The position numbers and the translations under genes were made by a program. A DNA stretch of 10,292 nt from NCBI GenBank assembly GCA_029856155.1, contig JAHQWL010000014.1, positions 1-10,292 on the forward strand, in the 5' to 3' direction. Positions 6,697 to 10,292 of this stretch are shown one piece after another. Numbering within the stretch: position 1 is the first letter of the stretch; every line of letters starts with the position of its first letter. Source of the stretch: Promethearchaeia archaeon (lineage in GTDB: Archaea; Asgardarchaeota; Lokiarchaeia; Sigyniarchaeales; SOKP01). The notes under the pieces were generated by a model. The model was not told the DNA's origin and made no database searches. It worked only from the letters and a program-made list of their open reading frames with translations.

Positions 6697-9006
6697 TTAT
6701 TTATATTTTTTTATAATATAGTTATACGCTTTATCAATTTCCCCTCTAATAGATTCAGAGTCGATTTCTTTTTCAATTTCCTCAGAAATTATATCTCTTT
6801 CAGTTATTGCTCTAAAGTTAATGATTGAAAATTTATCATCTAAATGGAAAGGATTGTATCCAATTCCTGAACCTTGGTAAAATTTAAAAAAGAATTCATA
6901 AAAATGAAGCCTGAGAGTATTTATAAAAACTAATAACCCTTCTAATAAGATAACTACCGTATTTCCGAAGAGTAACCCAAGAAAATTTACAATCTCTACT
7001 CCAATACCTTCCCCTTGAATTAAATTAACCATTATATTTATCGCGTACAATAAAGCAATATGGGCTAATGCTAAAGCTAATAATCTAATATAAGAGGCAA
7101 CATTACTCATAACGGATAAGACCGTATCAAAAGTTTCGAGTGAGCCTTCACCTATTAATCCACCGTAAGATTCTTTTTTGAAATATGAAATTCCTATCAA
7201 TTTACCCACAGGCTTCAAAAGTAATAATAATAAACTTGGTATTATTACTAATAAAATAGGGTAAGGAAAGGAGAACCATGTATAAATATCGAATCCATAT
7301 GTGAAAATTAAAACGGTTCCTCCTATTAAGAGTAGAATCTTTATTAAAGAATCACTTAGACTTAGATACTTTCTGTGTTGTTTCCAATAGTTTAAAAATT
7401 GAATAAACCATCCTAGATTAATATGGAAAATTCCAATTATTATCGCAAAATAAAACACAGACATTATGTTATTTAATGGATCGTTAAATGTTATATTGAT
7501 AAAAGGAATTGTTATAGGTCCTAAATGCCACAAAACATTCCCAAAAATTACAATTTCATGTAATCCAAAAAATTCTCCATATAAAAACCCTATAAAAAAT
7601 GAAGCCCATCCACAGAAAAATATAATCCAAGAAAAACTAACAAAATCACCACCACGTTTTCTAAAAAGTAAACCACCAATTAGTCCAGCTATAATAAGCG
7701 TCAGTCCATGACCAATATCTCCAAACATTATTCCAAATAATATTGGAAAAGTAATAGCTATGATTGGGGTAGGATCAATTTCAGAATAATTCGGAATTCC
7801 ATACATTCTCGTGAGTGCTTCGAAAGGTTTAGTTAAAAAGAAGTTTTTCATAATTGTTGGAGTTATTTCACGTAAATCTTGAGTATCTTCAAGGTCTTCA
7901 TCTTCTTCTTCTAATTTTACGGGTTCTTCTTTAGGTTTTGGTTTAATTTTAATTTTTTTCTTTTTTATTTTTTCTAAACCATAAGTTTCTATTGTAGGAT
8001 CTTTTTTAGAAATATCTATTGTATCAATTGAAATTTTATCTTTAAATTTATCAAATAATAAAGTTTTTACATAATTAATTTTTGAATAAGGTACGAAAAA
8101 TTTGAGAACCACATGATTAGTTGATTTTCTTTCGAATTGTTGATTTGCCCAGTTATAATCCTCAATATTTTGCACAATTTCATTGATTCCAGCGAATTTT
8201 AACAAGTTATCTCGGCCAATTCGATTTAATTCTTTATAGTATCTTAAGAGCATCCTTTCAATAAAATTTATTTCTTTATCAATTCTAATATGGTTTATTC
8301 CCGTTTCTGTAAAATATTTCTTTACAATTGGGATTTCTTCGGAATGAATAAGGCGAATCCTTCCATTAAATTCATTTTCTTTATCTTTTGGATAAAATAT
8401 GCAAAATCCAAGTCTATCTTTAGAAATTTCAAATGTCCAATAGAAATTAGGGAATTCCGTGAAATCAAAAAGATTTTTTAAATTATTAAGATTTTTCGAA
8501 AAGGTTGTAAATATTCTAAACTTAAATTGATTAATGTCATTAAGGGAGTCTTTTGCAAAATTCAACTCTTCTAAATTTCTATAACAAGCCTTTAACATAA
8601 TTAAATTCTCTAATTCAATTGTCCCTTTAGCAACAAAACTTTTCAATTCATTAACTCTATTAATATAAAAATCTATTTCTTCAAAGATATGATTAATCAA
8701 TTCTGGTAAATCTTTCGCTGCAAATTCTATTCTCTCAGAATCATCAACCTTCAGGCCTAAAAGAACAAATTCATTAATATTAAGTCTTTTTAATAAAATA
8801 TCTAAATTTTTTCTCAAATCTTTAATTCTATCAAAAAAAGGCTTTTGTTCCTCAAATTCTTCTTTAATAATCTGTTTCTCCTTTGTTTTTAATTGAACTA
8901 AGTTTAAATTAGATAATTCAATTAGAAATTGATCTTTAAACAGTTCGTTTATTTCTACTTTCATCAAACTGAAATTATCTTTTTTCGCCAAATTTCTCAA
9001 TCTCAA
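6697..9006 (-). CDS. atpI: A/V-type ATPase subunit I (a; 116-kDa subunit family)
   Basis: Soluble helical N-half, then TPT...PFE...MYGIPNYSEIDPT...FGIMFGDIGHG, GFLYGEFFG, SYIRLLALALAH (essential Arg, R641) and LRLHFYEFFFKFYQGSG. Predicted start is TTG, so the exact start is uncertain. Confidence 0.95.
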   Translation of the reverse strand: MRLRNLAKKDNFSLMKVEINELFKDQFLIELSNLNLVQLKTKEKQIIKEEFEEQKPFFDRIKDLRKNLDILLKRLNINEFVLLGLKVDDSERIEFAAKDLPELINHIFEEIDFYINRVNELKSFVAKGTIELENLIMLKACYRNLEELNFAKDSLNDINQFKFRIFTTFSKNLNNLKNLFDFTEFPNFYWTFEISKDRLGFCIFYPKDKENEFNGRIRLIHSEEIPIVKKYFTETGINHIRIDKEINFIERMLLRYYKELNRIGRDNLLKFAGINEIVQNIEDYNWANQQFERKSTNHVVLKFFVPYSKINYVKTLLFDKFKDKISIDTIDISKKDPTIETYGLEKIKKKKIKIKPKPKEEPVKLEEEDEDLEDTQDLREITPTIMKNFFLTKPFEALTRMYGIPNYSEIDPTPIIAITFPILFGIMFGDIGHGLTLIIAGLIGGLLFRKRGGDFVSFSWIIFFCGWASFFIGFLYGEFFGLHEIVIFGNVLWHLGPITIPFINITFNDPLNNIMSVFYFAIIIGIFHINLGWFIQFLNYWKQHRKYLSLSDSLIKILLLIGGTVLIFTYGFDIYTWFSFPYPILLVIIPSLLLLLLKPVGKLIGISYFKKESYGGLIGEGSLETFDTVLSVMSNVASYIRLLALALAHIALLYAINIMVNLIQGEGIGVEIVNFLGLLFGNTVVILLEGLLVFINTLRLHFYEFFFKFYQGSGIGYNPFHLDDKFSIINFRAITERDIISEEIEKEIDSESIRGEIDKAYNYIIKKYK

Positions 9007-9014
9007 GTTATTTT

Positions 9015-9650
9015 TTATTTTTTAATAATTAGGTCTTTAGTTTTTTTTAATCTAATATAATTTTCTCTGTCAATTTCTTCTAATATGTCTTTTATTAGTT
9101 TAATATTAGATTTTAACTGAGGAATTACCATGTTTTTTAAACCATTTATCCTTCGATTGATTTTTTTAAAATTAATTGCTTGCTTTAATAGTAAATCTTC
9201 AATTTCAGAAAATTCAATTATCAGATGAAAAAATTTTTTCAAAGTTATAATTAAATCGTCTAGATAAGGACTTGTATTTTCAAATGTATATGCAGGTAGT
9301 TTTTCTTCTTGAATTAATTCATATGAAATTTGGGGTTTTGTTATCCCCACTTTCTTTTTATATAGAATTTCAATTTTAGGTCTGTATTGAATCCTACTTA
9401 AATTACTAATCAAATATAATTCATTTTTACCCATCTCTTCATAAGTAAGATTTAATAATTTCATTGATTCTTTAAAAAGAGTGAGGAATTCTTCTCTTAA
9501 TTCATTATAATCTTTCCATATTTCTCGAAGTAAGATCATTAATTGTTCTCTTCTTAATTCTAAAAAACTTTCCCCTTTTAAAGCAAAATCTAGTCTTTTA
9601 CGCAAATTTATTAAGTTAGTTTTACTGGGTTTTATATCTCTAAAACTTAT
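9015..9650 (-). CDS. atpD: A/V-type ATPase subunit D (central rotor shaft)
   Basis: N-terminal IKPSKTNLINLRKRLxxAxKG and C-terminal RRINGLKNMVIP...LEEIDRENYIRLKKTK. The ORF track starts at TTG 9605, but the family N-terminal motif continues in frame to ATA at 9650-9648, so I place the start there. Confidence 0.9.
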   Translation of the reverse strand: MSFRDIKPSKTNLINLRKRLDFALKGESFLELRREQLMILLREIWKDYNELREEFLTLFKESMKLLNLTYEEMGKNELYLISNLSRIQYRPKIEILYKKKVGITKPQISYELIQEEKLPAYTFENTSPYLDDLIITLKKFFHLIIEFSEIEDLLLKQAINFKKINRRINGLKNMVIPQLKSNIKLIKDILEEIDRENYIRLKKTKDLIIKK

Positions 9651-9653
9651 TCT

Positions 9654-10292
9654 TTACACCTTTCCAGAGTAATATTTATTAATAAAATTTTGATGAATTC
9701 TAAGTAATTGATTTTCGGTTAAATTACCTAACACGTTCCAACCAATATTAAGAGTATCTTCAAAATTACGGCTCTCATCTGACTTTTGATTCAAAAACTT
9801 TTGTTCAAAATCTGCTCCATATTTCAATAAATTCTTCTGATCATAATTTAATCCATCTTCTCCGACAATTGAAATAAGATCTTTTACTTCTAGATAATTT
9901 GAATAAGATGCTAACAATTGAGAGCTAACATCAGCATGATCCTCTCTTGTCTTTTCCTTACCAATAGCATCTTTCATTAATCTTGATATTGAAGCTAAAA
10001 CTTCAAAAGGAGGGTAGATACCTTTCTGATGTAAACTTCGACTTAAAACTAATTGCCCTTCAGTGATATAACCTGTTGTATCGGGAATAGGATGAGATAT
10101 ATCATCATTAGGCATCGTTAATATAGGTATTTGAGTTATTGTTCCCTTTTTACCTTTAATTTTCCCAGTTCTTTCGTAGATAGATGCAAAATCTGAATAA
10201 ATATATCCTGGATATCCTTTCCTGCTGGGTATTTCTTCTTTTGCGGAGCTTAATTCTCTTAATGCTTCCGCATAATTAGTCATGTCAGTTAG
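9654..10292 (-). CDS. atpB: A/V-type ATPase subunit B (beta chain), C-terminal part; 5'-truncated by the window edge
   Basis: The frame is open to the edge ([13 protein letters not shown]). Motifs [44 protein letters not shown] (arginine finger at 9981-9983), TREDH and TLNIGW. Confidence 0.96.
   Translation of the reverse strand, partial: LTDMTNYAEALRELSSAKEEIPSRKGYPGYIYSDFASIYERTGKIKGKKGTITQIPILTMPNDDISHPIPDTTGYITEGQLVLSRSLHQKGIYPPFEVLASISRLMKDAIGKEKTREDHADVSSQLLASYSNYLEVKDLISIVGEDGLNYDQKNLLKYGADFEQKFLNQKSDESRNFEDTLNIGWNVLGNLTENQLLRIHQNFINKYYSGKV

Noticed and set aside
5673-8481. Plus-strand ORFs 5673-6026, 6333-6557, 7466-7711 and 8290-8481
   Set aside because: All are short and antisense to atpA, the Zn-ribbon gene or atpI, with no motifs.
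9654-9656. Genome-wide TAA reassignment suggested by two in-frame TAA junctions
   Set aside because: TAA ends most genes here at family-appropriate C-termini, and the long ORFs have no internal TAA.
1-10292. CRISPR array, tRNA/rRNA genes, IS elements
   Set aside because: The window is almost fully protein-coding (largest gap 119 bp). By eye I found no spaced direct repeats, GC-rich structured RNA segment, transposase or terminal inverted repeats.

Overview
This is a very AT-rich, gene-dense archaeal chromosomal window. A Lokiarchaeia/Asgard-like origin is my inference from base composition, a TACK-type tRNA splicing endonuclease and a membrane zinc-ribbon protein; it is not proven. The left half (minus strand) runs MEMO1/AmrB, then a long segmented coiled-coil protein, a PfkB kinase, and a YdjM-like membrane metal-dependent hydrolase. 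The hydrolase runs off the left edge and is missing from the ORF track. endA is transcribed divergently on the plus strand. The right half (minus strand) is an A/V-type rotary ATPase cluster in the non-canonical order B(partial)-D-I-[2TM + Zn-ribbon ORF]-A. The most notable signals are in this cluster. Subunit A has Pro in place of the near-invariant catalytic-site Arg (GCGEPGNE vs GCGERGNE), B and D deviate in conserved motifs, D appears to start at ATA in frame directly behind the B stop, and an unknown membrane gene sits inside the cluster. Together these suggest a divergent, possibly second or repurposed rotary ATPase module. I saw no RNA genes, CRISPR arrays or mobile elements.
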